In this document: positions 31,103 to 42,094 of the stretch, piece by piece
How the letters are laid out: each line of letters begins with the position of its first letter
Numbering within the stretch: position 1 is the stretch's first letter
Origin: an uncultured cyanobacterium
GTDB taxonomy: Bacteria > Cyanobacteriota > Cyanobacteriia > CAKZMO01
Length of the DNA stretch: 64,000 nucleotides
Reading direction: 5' to 3'
Assembly (NCBI GenBank): GCA_963719515.1
Contig: CAVRCJ010000011.1
Location: 128,001 to 192,000 of the forward strand
Notes under the pieces: generated by a model
Databases searched by the model: none
What the model was told of the DNA's origin: nothing
What the model saw: only the letters and a program-made list of their open reading frames with translations
Made by a program: the position numbers and the translations under genes

Positions 31103-32023
31103 ATGGACAGCATCACCTCAATTCGCGGTGAGCTAGCAGCTCTTACCGCCGCCTTACTCTGGGCCCTTTCCTCTACGGTCTACGCTGGCATCGGCCGACA
31201 GATTCCGCCGCTGACGCTCAATTTACTCAAAGGGCTGGCCGCTATTGGCTTTACGCTGCTGACGCTGGCTGGCCGACAAGAGCCCCCTCAGCTGAGCGCC
31301 GCTTCGGTTGGTTTACTCGCCCTGAGTGGAGCGATCGGGATCGGCTTTGGGGATACGGCTTTTTTCGAGAGCCTAAATTGTCTAGGAGTCCGGCGGGGGC
31401 TGTTGCTAGAGGCCCTGGCCCCGCCCCTCTCGGCCCTCATCGCCTGGCTCACCCTAGGAGAACAGCTGCCGCCCGTCGCTTACCTAGGCATTTTGCTCAC
31501 CGTCGGCGGCGTCGCCTGGGTGATCGCTGAGCGCACCCTGCCTCGCCCTGACAAAGCCGCCTCTAGAGGGAGCCACAGTCCCCTAGAGCCCCTGCTAGGC
31601 CGAGGGGTCATCTGGGGCAGTCTTGCCGCCCTCGCCCAGGCCAGCGGCGCGGTGCTCTCGCGGGCCGCCCTTGCGGACACCCCCGTCTCGCCCCTCTGGA
31701 GCAGCTTAATTCGCATTGTGGCAGGCTGCGCCGTCTTGATCTTGTGGCTTGCTGCCCGCCCTCAGCCAGATCGGCTCAAGGGGCTGCCACTGCGTTTGGT
31801 GCTGCTGGTCGCGGCCACTGCCTTCGCCAGCACCTTCCTAGCCATCTGGCTGCAGCAAACGTCGCTCAAATATGCCGCCACCGGCATTGCCCAAGCCATC
31901 GGCGCAACTAGCCCCCTATTTGCCATTCCCATTGCCCTGGTGCTGGGCGATCGCGTCAGCACCAGGGCTATTCTGGGCGCTTCGATAGCCCTCATCGGTA
32001 TCGGGCTGCTGTTTGCGGCTTGA
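31103..32023 (+). CDS. DMT/EamA family transporter
   Basis: About 10 hydrophobic helices in two EamA-like repeats. Confidence 0.85.
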   Translation: MDSITSIRGELAALTAALLWALSSTVYAGIGRQIPPLTLNLLKGLAAIGFTLLTLAGRQEPPQLSAASVGLLALSGAIGIGFGDTAFFESLNCLGVRRGLLLEALAPPLSALIAWLTLGEQLPPVAYLGILLTVGGVAWVIAERTLPRPDKAASRGSHSPLEPLLGRGVIWGSLAALAQASGAVLSRAALADTPVSPLWSSLIRIVAGCAVLILWLAARPQPDRLKGLPLRLVLLVAATAFASTFLAIWLQQTSLKYAATGIAQAIGATSPLFAIPIALVLGDRVSTRAILGASIALIGIGLLFAA

Positions 32024-32135
32024 GGTCCTCTCCCATGATTCGCTGCTATGCTATTAGCTAGCGGCGCAGCGCTCTATCGCTGGAGCTGTTCTGCGATCGC
32101 CCCAAAATTGACGCTTTACGCTTTAAGGAATCCAA

Positions 32136-32348
32136 ATGGCAGCATCACAACCCTTAACAGGCTCAGAACTCGTGTCGTGTGCAAGGGCCAATGCCAGACG
32201 GGGCATTTCTGCGGCGGCGGTAAACTGCGGCTACGGAGAAGACGTCAGCCAGTTTGAAAAAGCCTTGAAAGAGTCCTGCGAGGCCATGGGGGTTGAAATG
32301 GAAACCTTCTCTGAAGTCATCGAAGACGTCATCGACGAGGCTCTATAA
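32136..32348 (+). CDS. Small hypothetical protein
   Basis: AAGGA RBS before the ATG; LTGSELVSCARANA..CGYG. Confidence 0.65.
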   Translation: MAASQPLTGSELVSCARANARRGISAAAVNCGYGEDVSQFEKALKESCEAMGVEMETFSEVIEDVIDEAL

Positions 32349-32411
32349 GGCCGCTGCCTTGAGCGAGTCAACTGCTTTTGAAAAATCGTTTATCCCATCG
32401 GGAGATCAGCC

Positions 32412-32759
32412 GTGGGTAACCCCCAAAGCCAAGGCCGCTATCGTGAGGCGCTTCGAGTTGAACTGACGCAGTTCGACGGAAAGATCGAATCGTTGAGGCA
32501 GCAGATAGCCCACCTTCAGGGACCTAACGTTGAAGAAGCCTCGACCTACCAGAGCTACCTAGATGCGCTCCACCTAAAGCGTAGAGCGATCGAGATGAAG
32601 CTTGAGCAAGTCGGCACGACAGACGACGGACTCTGGGATGACTTTCAAGCAGGCCTTGAGGACGTCTGGAATGACCTCAAGCTGACGTTTACCAACGCGA
32701 CCGAAGAATTTGAGGCAGGGCAGCGCCTGAAAGAGAGCCGACAAGACTCTGAGACCTAG
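32412..32759 (+). CDS. Small coiled-coil protein (Sll1863-like stress protein)
   Basis: GGAG RBS before GTG; W.DFQAGLEDVWNDLK motif. Confidence 0.6.
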   Translation: MGNPQSQGRYREALRVELTQFDGKIESLRQQIAHLQGPNVEEASTYQSYLDALHLKRRAIEMKLEQVGTTDDGLWDDFQAGLEDVWNDLKLTFTNATEEFEAGQRLKESRQDSET

Positions 32760-32779
32760 GCTAAAGCCTTAGATTATCC

Positions 32780-33493
32780 CTAGAGCAGCGCGCTCAGAGT
32801 CCGACCAAGCTCTTGAGGACGGTCGAGGTCGATCACCTGGACATGGTTCGACGCCAAAAGCTGGGTGGCCCTGGAATCGACGGCGGCACCCTGAGCGACG
32901 GCGGCAATCACGTCCGCTGTCCGTCCGCTCCCCGCGATCACAACGACGGCTCGCCCCACCGAGGTGTTAGCGGCAGCATCCTTCCAGGTAATTTCGCCTC
33001 CGTTGGTCAGCACAGCCGCAGAGCCGCAGACCCCCGAGAGGTGAGTGGCCACTGCCGAAATCCAGGAGGATTCGTCGCCCCAGCTGTTTCCGGGCACCAG
33101 TAGGCAGTGGGTATGGTGAGGCTCTAGCGGACAAGCCTCTTCAGAAGTTAGGCCGCTGTGGCGGTATTCAGGGAGGTCAACTAGACCAATAGGCGCAACG
33201 CCGACGAGGGGAAACGTGCCGCCTAAGGCCTCGCGCGCTTGGCCGATAAGCCTCATGACGCCAGCGTCGGTTCCCCCATCAACAACGGTGAGGCCTCTAG
33301 CCTCAGCCAGCGGGGCCAGCACCCCGCCAAACATATCCTCGACGCGGGCAAAATCGACGTCGCTCAGCTTGCTGGCCCCGCCGATGATCACTAGAGTAGG
33401 CCGTGGTCTACACAGACCCAAAGCGTCTAGCGCCTCTGGCAAAGCGGCTTGGTTATCGATGCGCAGAAGCTTCGTCGGGGGGTGCGGAGTCAT
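32780..33493 (-). CDS. SLOG-superfamily protein (prokaryotic TRPM-SLOG / LSDAT-like)
   Basis: LVIIGGAS, VDGGTDAGVM, LEPHHTH, WGDES, NGG and GSGRTAD. Confidence 0.75.
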   Translation of the reverse strand: MTPHPPTKLLRIDNQAALPEALDALGLCRPRPTLVIIGGASKLSDVDFARVEDMFGGVLAPLAEARGLTVVDGGTDAGVMRLIGQAREALGGTFPLVGVAPIGLVDLPEYRHSGLTSEEACPLEPHHTHCLLVPGNSWGDESSWISAVATHLSGVCGSAAVLTNGGEITWKDAAANTSVGRAVVVIAGSGRTADVIAAVAQGAAVDSRATQLLASNHVQVIDLDRPQELGRTLSALL

Positions 33494-33643
33494 GGTGTGA
33501 TTGGCATGGGGTTAGGGCGGCGCTACAGCCAGTCTGTGGGTGCGGCTGGAGCTGCGCCAGAATGCCTGTATATATTGTGAGTGGAGCAGTATTGGCCATA
33601 ATACTAGTGCAGTCCCTGTTTGAACAGCAGATCGAACAGCAGA

Positions 33644-34810
33644 TCATTTAACGTAGGCCAAGATTGCCGCAGCGGCGCGATCGCATGCCCCCGGCTTCCC
33701 TAGCGCCTGCCGCATCCGCGCATACCCCGCCCGCATATGCCGCCGCGCCTGCTCGTTGTTGAGTAGCTCTAGGGCAGCGGTCGTCAGGTTATCTGCCGTC
33801 GCTGCCGACTGCAAGAATTCGGGCACGATGCCCTCCATCAGCGCCAGGTTTGCCGGAGACATAAACGGAATCGAAAACCGCAGCAGGCGGCGGGCTACCC
33901 AAAACGTTAGCGGGTTGACGCGGTAGAGCACCAGCTGGGGGACGTCCATCAGCGCCGTTTCCAGGTTCACCGTGCCGGACTTGCAGAGGGCCAGGTCGGC
34001 GGCGGCAATTACCACCTGGGGCTGCTGCTCCACGAGCTTAGCCCGCAGACCAGAGCGCTCTATCTCGCGCTCTAGCGCCGAACGATAGTGGGGTAGCGAC
34101 AGCGGCACCCAAAACGTGAGGTCCGGCAGCTTGTCCTGGAGGCGAGCTGCGGTCTCAAACATGACAGGCGCGAGAGAGGCTATCTCCTGGCGGCGGGAGG
34201 CAGGCAGCAGAGCTATGGCCCGCTCGTCTGCAGCAATCCCCAGCTGCCGCCTAGCCTCACTCCGGGACGGCGCGTCGAGGACGTGGTCCACGATGGGGTG
34301 GCCAACCCAGGTGACGTTGGCCCCATGACTTTTGTAGTAGCGGGCTTCTTCGGGGAAAATAGCAATCAGCCGGTCCGTTGCTTCCACAAGCCGCGCGGTA
34401 TTGTTCGTGCCGACAGACCACACCCACTCCTGGGGGGCAATGTAGTAAACCAGGGGGAGAGCGGGCCGCGCCTGCTTGAGGTAAGCGCCTAGCTTCAGAT
34501 TTGGCCCCATGTAGTCTAGCAGCACCACCGCATCGACAGCGTTCTGGGCGAGATAGCGCTTTACCCGCCGCTGAATTTGTAGCGTAGGGAGGATGAAGGG
34601 AAGTGACTCCACCAGCCCCACCGAGCCGATGCTGCTGGTGTTGGCCAGCAGGGTGGCCCCAGCTTGGGCCATGCGATCGCCGCCCAGAGCCACGATTTCC
34701 AGACTAAGCTGCTGCGCCGCCGCCTGACGCTGGAGCGCGTCAATTAATAGGGCCCCCTGCAGATCTCCTGACACTTCCCCTGTGCTGATTAAGATTCGCT
34801 TAGCGCCCAT
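33644..34810 (-). CDS. lpxB: Lipid-A-disaccharide synthase
   Basis: STGEVSGDLQG, YYIAPQEWVW, LPASRRQE and KSGTVNLE. Start ATG 34810 overlaps the end of lpxA. Confidence 0.93.
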   Translation of the reverse strand: MGAKRILISTGEVSGDLQGALLIDALQRQAAAQQLSLEIVALGGDRMAQAGATLLANTSSIGSVGLVESLPFILPTLQIQRRVKRYLAQNAVDAVVLLDYMGPNLKLGAYLKQARPALPLVYYIAPQEWVWSVGTNNTARLVEATDRLIAIFPEEARYYKSHGANVTWVGHPIVDHVLDAPSRSEARRQLGIAADERAIALLPASRRQEIASLAPVMFETAARLQDKLPDLTFWVPLSLPHYRSALEREIERSGLRAKLVEQQPQVVIAAADLALCKSGTVNLETALMDVPQLVLYRVNPLTFWVARRLLRFSIPFMSPANLALMEGIVPEFLQSAATADNLTTAALELLNNEQARRHMRAGYARMRQALGKPGACDRAAAAILAYVK

Positions 34811-35621
34811 TGCTTCGGCCAGGCGTAAGACCTCGCCGCCCCTCGTCTTGACTGTGGACCAAAAAATTGTGGAGATGCTGAATGACGCTGCCGCTCTTGC
34901 TGTCCTGGCGCGCCAGCGTCTCGATGGCCTCATCTAGCGGCAGGCTATCGCGGTAGAGCGTCCGGTAGGCTTGCTTTAGCGCCTTGAAGGCATGTCCTTG
35001 GTCGAGCTGGGCTAGCCCAGCTCGGCGCAGCCCCACCTGATTCAGGGCGCGGATGCGACAGGGATTGCCCTCGGCCAGCATGAAGGGCGGCACGTCTCGG
35101 TCAACTCGGGCCATGCCGCCCACCATGGCGAGCTGCCCGATGTGAACAAACTGGTGAATGCCGGTCATACCGCCCACCACCGCTCTAGACTCAATGTGGA
35201 CATGGCCTGCGAGTGACACTGCGTTGGCAATCACCACGTGGTTTTCAATGAGGCAGTTGTGGGCCACATGGACGTAAGCCATGAGCAAATTACGATCGCC
35301 GATGACGGTGGCTTCCCCGGCTTGGGTGGCTCTGTTGATGGTGACATACTCACGAATGCGGTTTTCGTGGCCGATTTTAACCTGACTAACCGAGCCGTCG
35401 TACTTGAGGTCCTGAGGCTCTAGGCCAAGGGCGGCTCCCGGAAAAATCTCGTTGCGATCGCCTACTTCAGTGCAGCCGTCAATGATGACGTGAGCGCCAA
35501 TGGCCGTACCGGCTCCAATTTTTACGTGCTCTCCAATCACTGCATAGGGACCCACCCGCACCGTCGGATGAAGCTGCGCTCCAGGGTGAATCACGGCAGT
35601 AGAGTGGATCAAAGCTGTCAA
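34800..35621 (-). CDS. lpxA: UDP-N-acetylglucosamine acyltransferase
   Basis: Hexapeptide repeats, PQDLKY, HVAHNC and IHQF. Confidence 0.95.
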   Translation of the reverse strand: MTALIHSTAVIHPGAQLHPTVRVGPYAVIGEHVKIGAGTAIGAHVIIDGCTEVGDRNEIFPGAALGLEPQDLKYDGSVSQVKIGHENRIREYVTINRATQAGEATVIGDRNLLMAYVHVAHNCLIENHVVIANAVSLAGHVHIESRAVVGGMTGIHQFVHIGQLAMVGGMARVDRDVPPFMLAEGNPCRIRALNQVGLRRAGLAQLDQGHAFKALKQAYRTLYRDSLPLDEAIETLARQDSKSGSVIQHLHNFLVHSQDEGRRGLTPGRSNGR

Positions 35622-35796
35622 GACCTAGCTCCAGCGGCGCAAACGCCGACGTGACGACATCAGTTCATTACGACGATTAGTCATTAGCCCGGGGATTGTT
35701 CGTGTAAGGCGGTTGGCCACTGGCTGCCTGCATACGACGATGAGCCTAGCTAGTCGTATGCGGCAATGGACTAAGCCGCTTGTATACGGCAGTTGG

Positions 35797-36348
35797 CTAA
35801 TACACCAAGGAAAACATCAGCTCTCCTTCTGCGGCCAGCTGCCCCTCGACCGTGGCTCGCCCCTGCATCTTGCCAAAGCGTCGCCGCTTGACCGACAAGA
35901 GGTCAACCGTCATTAGCAGCTGATCCCCAGGCACAACCGGACGCCGAAAGCGCACCTTATCGATACCCGCAAACATCAGCAGTCCCTCAGGCACATCGGG
36001 AAGCTGCGTTAAAACGATGCCGCCAACCTGCGCCATGGCCTCAACGATGAGCACGCCTGGCATAATGGGTCGACCCGGAAAATGACCCTGAAAGTGAGGC
36101 TCGTTGAAGGTCACATTCTTGAGACCGACGGCCCGCTCGCCCGGCGTATAGTCGATGATTCGGTCGACGAGGGAAAACGGGTAGCGGTGGGGTAGGAGCT
36201 TCTGAATTTCCTCAATCGTCAAAATCGGTGTCTTAGCAGGACAGTCTTGCTTGGCATCATCTTGCTTCGCATTATCTAGCTTGGCGCTGTCCTGTTGGAC
36301 GGAGTCTAGCTGATTTTTAGAGGCGTGAGCGTCGGTCAATGTGGACAT
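35797..36348 (-). CDS. fabZ: 3-hydroxyacyl-ACP dehydratase
   Basis: [11 protein letters not shown] and [20 protein letters not shown]. Confidence 0.95.
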   Translation of the reverse strand: MSTLTDAHASKNQLDSVQQDSAKLDNAKQDDAKQDCPAKTPILTIEEIQKLLPHRYPFSLVDRIIDYTPGERAVGLKNVTFNEPHFQGHFPGRPIMPGVLIVEAMAQVGGIVLTQLPDVPEGLLMFAGIDKVRFRRPVVPGDQLLMTVDLLSVKRRRFGKMQGRATVEGQLAAEGELMFSLVY

Positions 36349-36390
36349 AGATATTAGTAGATTAAAACGGTGTGTAATATGAGCGGTATT

Positions 36391-37416
36391 CTACAACGCG
36401 GCGGGATGCGGCGCAGCGGGGAATGTTCCAGTGGGGCAGGCTGCGCTGAGCTGTTGCGCAAACTGAACGTGCAGACGGTGGCTAGCCTTGTAGGCAACGA
36501 TATGGGCCTGGGGAAGAGCGCCTATCAAACTCATGTCTCCCACTAAGTCTAAGAGTTTATGCCGCGCTGGCTCATTTGAAAACCTTAGGGGTGGATTCAG
36601 CCAACCCTCGTCGCCACAAACCAGCGCATTGTCAAAGCTGCCGCCCCGAATTAGGCCTAGCTGCCGCAGCTGCTCAACCTGATGGGCGATCGCAAAGGTA
36701 CGGGCCGGGGCGATCGCGCTCTCGAAAGGCTCTTGCGCCGGACTCCAGCTGTGCCACTGGTTGCCAATGGCGGACAGCTCAAAATCAATGCCGTAGGTGA
36801 AGCGATGCTGAGGCGCGGGAAAGGCTGCAATCCAAGCCTCTCCCTCCTGGAGATGAATCGGCTCTTGGAGCATCCAGGGTACTGACTCCCCCTGCTGCAC
36901 CCGCCCCGCCGCTGCGATCGCCGCTGCCCAAGGCTTGGCCGACCCATCTAAGAGAGGAACCTCCGGGCCGTCAATTTCGATGCGGGCATCGTCGATTCCC
37001 ATACCCACCAGCGCGGCCAGCAGGTGTTCCACCGTGCGCACCGTGAGCGGCCCAAGCCCGAGCTCAGTCGAGAGCTGGGTACCCACAACGTGGTCGACGG
37101 TGGCCGGAATGATGGGGGATCCGGGCTGATCAACCCTCACAAACGCCCGACCGCTAGCGGCGGGAGCGGGGCGAATGCAAACGCGGCTCTCAATCCCAGA
37201 ATGCAATCCCACCCCAGCCCGTTCGATCGGGGCAGCTAGCGTATTGCGGCTCATAGCGCCTAAGCTCACAGCACCCGAACCTGTAGCGCTCAAACCCACA
37301 GCATTTGGGCGATCGCCGCCGGGGCCAACAGGGTTCGGACTGTCGGCATTGGGACTGTCGGCGTTGGGACTGACAGCGGGCGATAGATTGTCAGCCTGTT
37401 GGGCAGTCGTCTCCAT
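36391..37416 (-). CDS. lpxC: UDP-3-O-acyl-GlcNAc deacetylase
   Basis: [21 protein letters not shown] and [11 protein letters not shown]-terminal SPNAD repeats. Confidence 0.93.
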   Translation of the reverse strand: METTAQQADNLSPAVSPNADSPNADSPNPVGPGGDRPNAVGLSATGSGAVSLGAMSRNTLAAPIERAGVGLHSGIESRVCIRPAPAASGRAFVRVDQPGSPIIPATVDHVVGTQLSTELGLGPLTVRTVEHLLAALVGMGIDDARIEIDGPEVPLLDGSAKPWAAAIAAAGRVQQGESVPWMLQEPIHLQEGEAWIAAFPAPQHRFTYGIDFELSAIGNQWHSWSPAQEPFESAIAPARTFAIAHQVEQLRQLGLIRGGSFDNALVCGDEGWLNPPLRFSNEPARHKLLDLVGDMSLIGALPQAHIVAYKASHRLHVQFAQQLSAACPTGTFPAAPHPAAL

Positions 37417-37528
37417 TTGATTTCAGCTGGGCAAAACGGTCCCGGATAAAAGCAGCGTTGGCCTTTGAACTGTATCACGTTCTGTGAGTGAACTTTGAGC
37501 AAGCTAATTTGAGCAGCGATGCGCCCGG

Positions 37529-39976
37529 CTAGAAGCGCTCGCCGATGCCAAAGTGGATCCGGCCATCGCCATCGTCGTTGATGCCATAATCCACCCGAAT
37601 GGCCCCCAGCGGCGATCGCACCCGAACGCCGATGCCGTAGCCGAAGCCCGTGCCGGGTTTGTTGCGCACTTCACCCGGCTCCCCAGGGACGTCGGTTCCC
37701 GTGCCCAGGTCTGTACCAAAATCGGCAAAGAGTGCTCCGCCTATGATGGAGAAAACCGGAAAGCGGTATTCGGCAGTGGCCTGCACAAAGCTGCGACCGG
37801 CAGCCAAATCTCCAGCATCGTAGCCGCGAACCGAGTCTGTTCCCCCTAAGGAGAAGGCTTCGTAGGGCGGCAGGTCGCCAAGTATCGTACCGGCCTGAAC
37901 GTTGAAGGCAAAGGCTTCCGGCCCATCGGTGAAGCCGGTAAGATCGGCGGGCAGATAGAAGCTATAGCTGCCCCGCAGCCGGTTAAACAAGATGCTGCCG
38001 CTGCCGAGAGGAACAGACTGCTCAGCGCCCACGCGCAGCAGCGATCCCTGGGTCGGCTGCTGCGGATCGTTGCGGCGATCGCGCACGGCCCCAAGCTGCA
38101 GCGTAAATAAGTCATCGGTGCCGTTGCCGCTAAAGCTGAGATCGTTGCCGAACTCGTCTTCAGGCTCTAAATCTCCGTCTGCATCTCGGATAGACACGCG
38201 CTGGTACTGCACCCCAGCCGACGCTCGCCAGCCGTCCCACCCTAGCCATTCGTCGAGGGGGCGGCTAAAGCTGACGGCCCCGCCCAGCCGCTGAACGCGG
38301 GGGCTATCGCCGTTGGGCAGGTCCACATCGTCTTCACCGCCGTCGAAGATCAAGGAGATAGACCGGCGGCTAAAGGCGTTGACGGTGTAGGACGTGCGGT
38401 AGGGATCCCCTGCAATCCAAGGGTCCGTGAAGCGCACGTCAAACAGGAATTCCCGCTCACCAATCTGCAGCTCTGCTCCGAGCTGCTGGTTGTTGCCGCC
38501 GAGGTTGCGCTGCTGATAGCTGACGCTGCCAAAAACGCCGCTGGAGGAGCTAAAGCCCAAGCCCGCCGCGAGAGATCCCGTATTGCCTTCAATCACGTTC
38601 ACCACCACATCAACGTTGCGGGGATCATCGCCGGGCTCCAACGTAACCCGCACGTCGTCAAAGATGCCCAGCCCAAACACCTGCTGCAGGTCTTCCTGAA
38701 TGTCCTGCTGGTTGAACACATCCCCCGGCTGAGTCTCAAACTCGCGGGTGACGATGAAGTCGCGGGTCTTGCCGTCGATGGGCTCGCCGTCTTCGTCAGT
38801 GTCTAGGCCGTCTTCATCCAAAAACTTGACTTCAATGTCCTCAATCACGCCCTCAGAAACTTCCAACACCGCCACACCACTGTCGGAGACCTGCCGCGCA
38901 TCTAGCACTTGGGCCAGCACGTAGCCGTTTTCTTCGTAGACATCGTTGAGCTGATTGATGCCCTCCTGGAAATCTAGCAGGTTGAGCGTGGTGCCATATT
39001 GAGACGAAAAAATAGCGTCAGCGAGCTGTTCGACCTCTAGCTCTTCCCCTTCGAAGGTCAGCATGACGTCCTGGTCAGCTAGCTCACTGCCCACAATGTC
39101 GACCTCCCGCAAAATTGGGTTAGGCTCGATGGCAAAGGTGATGCGCACCCCCAACGGCGTGTCTTCTGGCACCGCCTGCACGTTGGTGAAAAATCCCGTG
39201 GAGAAGACGGCGTTAATGTCGTTTTGAAGCTGCGATCGCGTTGTAGTGCGACCGGGCTGGGTTTGGATCTGGCGGTATACCAGGTCTTCAAGGTCTGAGC
39301 GATTCTCCAGACCGCTGACTAGAACCTCAGCCACCAGCACCCTCACTTCAGACTCGGGTTCCGCCTGAGCATCGTCGCTGGGAGGCGCTTGCAGGTCCGG
39401 TTGCGGTGTAGGTGACGCGGGCGCTTCGGACTCGGGTAACGCCGGCGCTTCAGACTCGGTGGGATCTTCGTCGGCGTCATTATCAGATTCAAAGATGTCG
39501 TCGTCTATTGGCGTCTCATCGTCTAGGTCAATTTCAAACTCAACCGCCGGATCGCGAGGCTCGTTCGAGTCAAAGATGTCTTCTGGATCGGCCTGGTTCT
39601 CGGGATCCACCTCGATAGTGGTCTCCTCATCCTCAAGAATTTCCTGCTCTGCGTCAGGGGCAGGGGCTTGCTCGACCTCAAGCGGCTCAGTCTGCAGCTG
39701 GGCCAAGCTCGGCGGCGTCAGATCGGCTAGTCGCCAAGCGTTTCCGGTAGGGCTCATCTCAACAAAAGGCACCGCGACCGGTGCGATCGCCGTCGGCCCA
39801 GATCCGTTAGAGACCTCTGACTGAGGACGGCTCGACCTCAGCGGCCCGTCAGCTAGAAGACTATTAGCAGCGGCGTCTAGCTGGGTGGGTTGGGGCTGAG
39901 CTTGAACGGTTGAGGCCAATCCAACGGTTGCCGATACCGTTAGAGAGGCGAGAACGAGATGAAGCCGATTACGCAT
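37529..39976 (-). CDS. bamA: Omp85/BamA outer-membrane protein assembly factor
   Basis: POTRA domains, SVRGY loop, C-terminal FGIGERF; lies upstream of lpxC. Confidence 0.92.
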   Translation of the reverse strand: MRNRLHLVLASLTVSATVGLASTVQAQPQPTQLDAAANSLLADGPLRSSRPQSEVSNGSGPTAIAPVAVPFVEMSPTGNAWRLADLTPPSLAQLQTEPLEVEQAPAPDAEQEILEDEETTIEVDPENQADPEDIFDSNEPRDPAVEFEIDLDDETPIDDDIFESDNDADEDPTESEAPALPESEAPASPTPQPDLQAPPSDDAQAEPESEVRVLVAEVLVSGLENRSDLEDLVYRQIQTQPGRTTTRSQLQNDINAVFSTGFFTNVQAVPEDTPLGVRITFAIEPNPILREVDIVGSELADQDVMLTFEGEELEVEQLADAIFSSQYGTTLNLLDFQEGINQLNDVYEENGYVLAQVLDARQVSDSGVAVLEVSEGVIEDIEVKFLDEDGLDTDEDGEPIDGKTRDFIVTREFETQPGDVFNQQDIQEDLQQVFGLGIFDDVRVTLEPGDDPRNVDVVVNVIEGNTGSLAAGLGFSSSSGVFGSVSYQQRNLGGNNQQLGAELQIGEREFLFDVRFTDPWIAGDPYRTSYTVNAFSRRSISLIFDGGEDDVDLPNGDSPRVQRLGGAVSFSRPLDEWLGWDGWRASAGVQYQRVSIRDADGDLEPEDEFGNDLSFSGNGTDDLFTLQLGAVRDRRNDPQQPTQGSLLRVGAEQSVPLGSGSILFNRLRGSYSFYLPADLTGFTDGPEAFAFNVQAGTILGDLPPYEAFSLGGTDSVRGYDAGDLAAGRSFVQATAEYRFPVFSIIGGALFADFGTDLGTGTDVPGEPGEVRNKPGTGFGYGIGVRVRSPLGAIRVDYGINDDGDGRIHFGIGERF

Positions 39977-40251
39977 GAGTTTTTCTCCACACACCGTAGC
40001 TCACTGCGATACACCTCCGCACGAGAGATGCAACCGTCGGCGAAGTCGCGATGATAGTTGTACAAAAATTGATCCAAACGGACAGATCTTACAGCATTCC
40101 CGACGCCTCTTCAGGCAAAAACCGGTTGCCAAAACCTGAGTCGGCGAAAACTGATGTGCCGGAGTCGTCGAAGCGATATCACGCTATCTTCCCGGCGCTG
40201 GCGACAGTTCCTCCGAGACGCTGGCGATAGTTTCAGAAGAAGCCCAGAGGA

Positions 40252-41946
40252 TTACTCCGTCCGGCCTTCTGGACTAGAGAGGGCATCGTAGGTCAGGGCA
40301 GAGACCTGCCTAATCAGCTCGTTAGCTTGATCGTCATCATGGGGGCGCTCCACCATCACAGCGATGGCATAGCGCTTACCCGTGGGGGTATCGACAACAC
40401 CGACATCGCCCAGCATTTTGCCAATAGTCCCAGTTTTATGGGCGATCGCCGCCTCTAGCGGAATGCCCTGTGGCAGAAGCGAATCTGTCACGGTAGCCTG
40501 CATAATATCGAACAGGCGATCTCGCGACCGTGGCGAGAGCAGATCGCCATTGCTAATCCAGGCGAGCAGGGTCACCATATCCAGCGGGGTTGTGGTGTTT
40601 TGTCCCTCTAGGTCAGGCAGTGGCTGGGCCACAGCGGTTTGGGCTAGGCCCCACTGGGCAAAGCGCTGGGTAAGGGCAACGTTCCCCCCCAGCTCCCGGA
40701 TCAAAATGTTGGTCGCCGTGTTGTCGCTGATGGTGATCATCAAGTCCGCCGTCTCTAGGGCCGTGTAGGTCGTGCCGGGCTCCTGAAACTGCATATCCCC
40801 CGCTTCTCCAACGATATCTTCTGCTTCCAACGTCAGCCTGTCGTCCAGAGCGATGAGGCCCATTTCGACGTGCTGCAATAAGGCAACCAAGATCGGCACC
40901 TTGATGATGCTGGCCGAGGGCATGACGGAGCGCGCGTTGATGTCGACGTAGCTCCCAGTGTCTAGATCTAAAACCATGACGCTGGGGGAGAGGTCTGGGA
41001 AGGCCGCGATCGCCTCGCTGATGTCTGTTTTAAGGGAAGTGAGCTCAGACCCTAGGGCGAGGGGTGCTGTCGCGGTGCCCCTCACCCCAGCGGCCTCAGC
41101 GGCCTCAGTGTCCTGCGGGGCGTCCGGGGCCTCAGCGAGGCCGCGCTCTTGAGCGGGACTGAGCACGGAAAGCAAGGTGCCGGCGATCGCCCCAATCCCC
41201 AGCCCCAAAATCAGCAGTCGAATTGCGTAAAGCCACCGTGAGGGCGACGTCCGAGGCTGCCGGCGTCTCGGCGGGTGCGGCGATCGCGATCGCGGGGGGC
41301 GAGCCGTAGGGGCGAGGGGAATAACGGCTGGCGTCGACGGCACGGGAGTGAGCTGCGGGGACCGACGCCGTCGGTCTAGGGCGGCACCTTGGGGAGCTGG
41401 TGGAGTCAAAGCCTGAGTCGTAGATCGCTGACGCGATCGCGCAGTTTGGCGCCGGCCCCCGAACGCTGAGGCGTAGTCAGACACTTTAGGCCGTCGTCGT
41501 CGCGGTCCGCTGCGGTGAGGCGGCAAGCTGGGGTGAGGCGGTAAACCGGCTGGCCGGACAGGATGAGGCGCTCCCCCTGGGGCACCAAGCCTCCTAGACT
41601 CTTCGCGCTGTGGGCGAGCGCTGCTGGCGGCAGGATTGGGCCGCTGGGGAGGTGCCGCCAACAGCTGGGGCGTAGAACTTGAGGGAAGATTGGGGGAAGC
41701 TGCGGGAAGAAGACGCAGCCCAGAAGCTTGTCCCTGACTGGCCGCTATGGGGCTAGGAGGGGAGCCGGAAGGACGGCGGGGGGCAGCGGGAGGTAGATTG
41801 AGCACCTGCCGCCGCGAGGGACGCGGCCTATCGGGTTTGAGCGATACCCTCGGCGGCACTAACCCCTGCCTGCGGCCAGTGCGCTGACGCGATCGTTTGG
41901 AGCGACCTCCCAGTTCTGCCATCAATTTGCCTCTCGCTTCTGCCAC
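40252..41946 (-). CDS. Membrane-anchored serine hydrolase (class A beta-lactamase-like) with long Arg/Pro-rich N-terminus
   Basis: ASIIK (SxxK), SDN and HKTG after a TM helix. Start uncertain. Confidence 0.8.
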   Translation of the reverse strand: MAEARGKLMAELGGRSKRSRQRTGRRQGLVPPRVSLKPDRPRPSRRQVLNLPPAAPRRPSGSPPSPIAASQGQASGLRLLPAASPNLPSSSTPQLLAAPPQRPNPAASSARPQREESRRLGAPGGAPHPVRPAGLPPHPSLPPHRSGPRRRRPKVSDYASAFGGRRQTARSRQRSTTQALTPPAPQGAALDRRRRSPQLTPVPSTPAVIPLAPTARPPRSRSPHPPRRRQPRTSPSRWLYAIRLLILGLGIGAIAGTLLSVLSPAQERGLAEAPDAPQDTEAAEAAGVRGTATAPLALGSELTSLKTDISEAIAAFPDLSPSVMVLDLDTGSYVDINARSVMPSASIIKVPILVALLQHVEMGLIALDDRLTLEAEDIVGEAGDMQFQEPGTTYTALETADLMITISDNTATNILIRELGGNVALTQRFAQWGLAQTAVAQPLPDLEGQNTTTPLDMVTLLAWISNGDLLSPRSRDRLFDIMQATVTDSLLPQGIPLEAAIAHKTGTIGKMLGDVGVVDTPTGKRYAIAVMVERPHDDDQANELIRQVSALTYDALSSPEGRTE

Positions 41947-42094
41947 TGTCTTTAGATTTTAGGCCCTTAGGTTTTAGGCCCTTAGGTTTTAGGCCGCTTG
42001 GCCCCGCAGGTCAGGCGACCAGCGCTAGGGGGTAAGGTAACCCAACGCCCACAGGATCCACAATAGCGATCTGCCTTAGCTTTAATTAAGTTTC

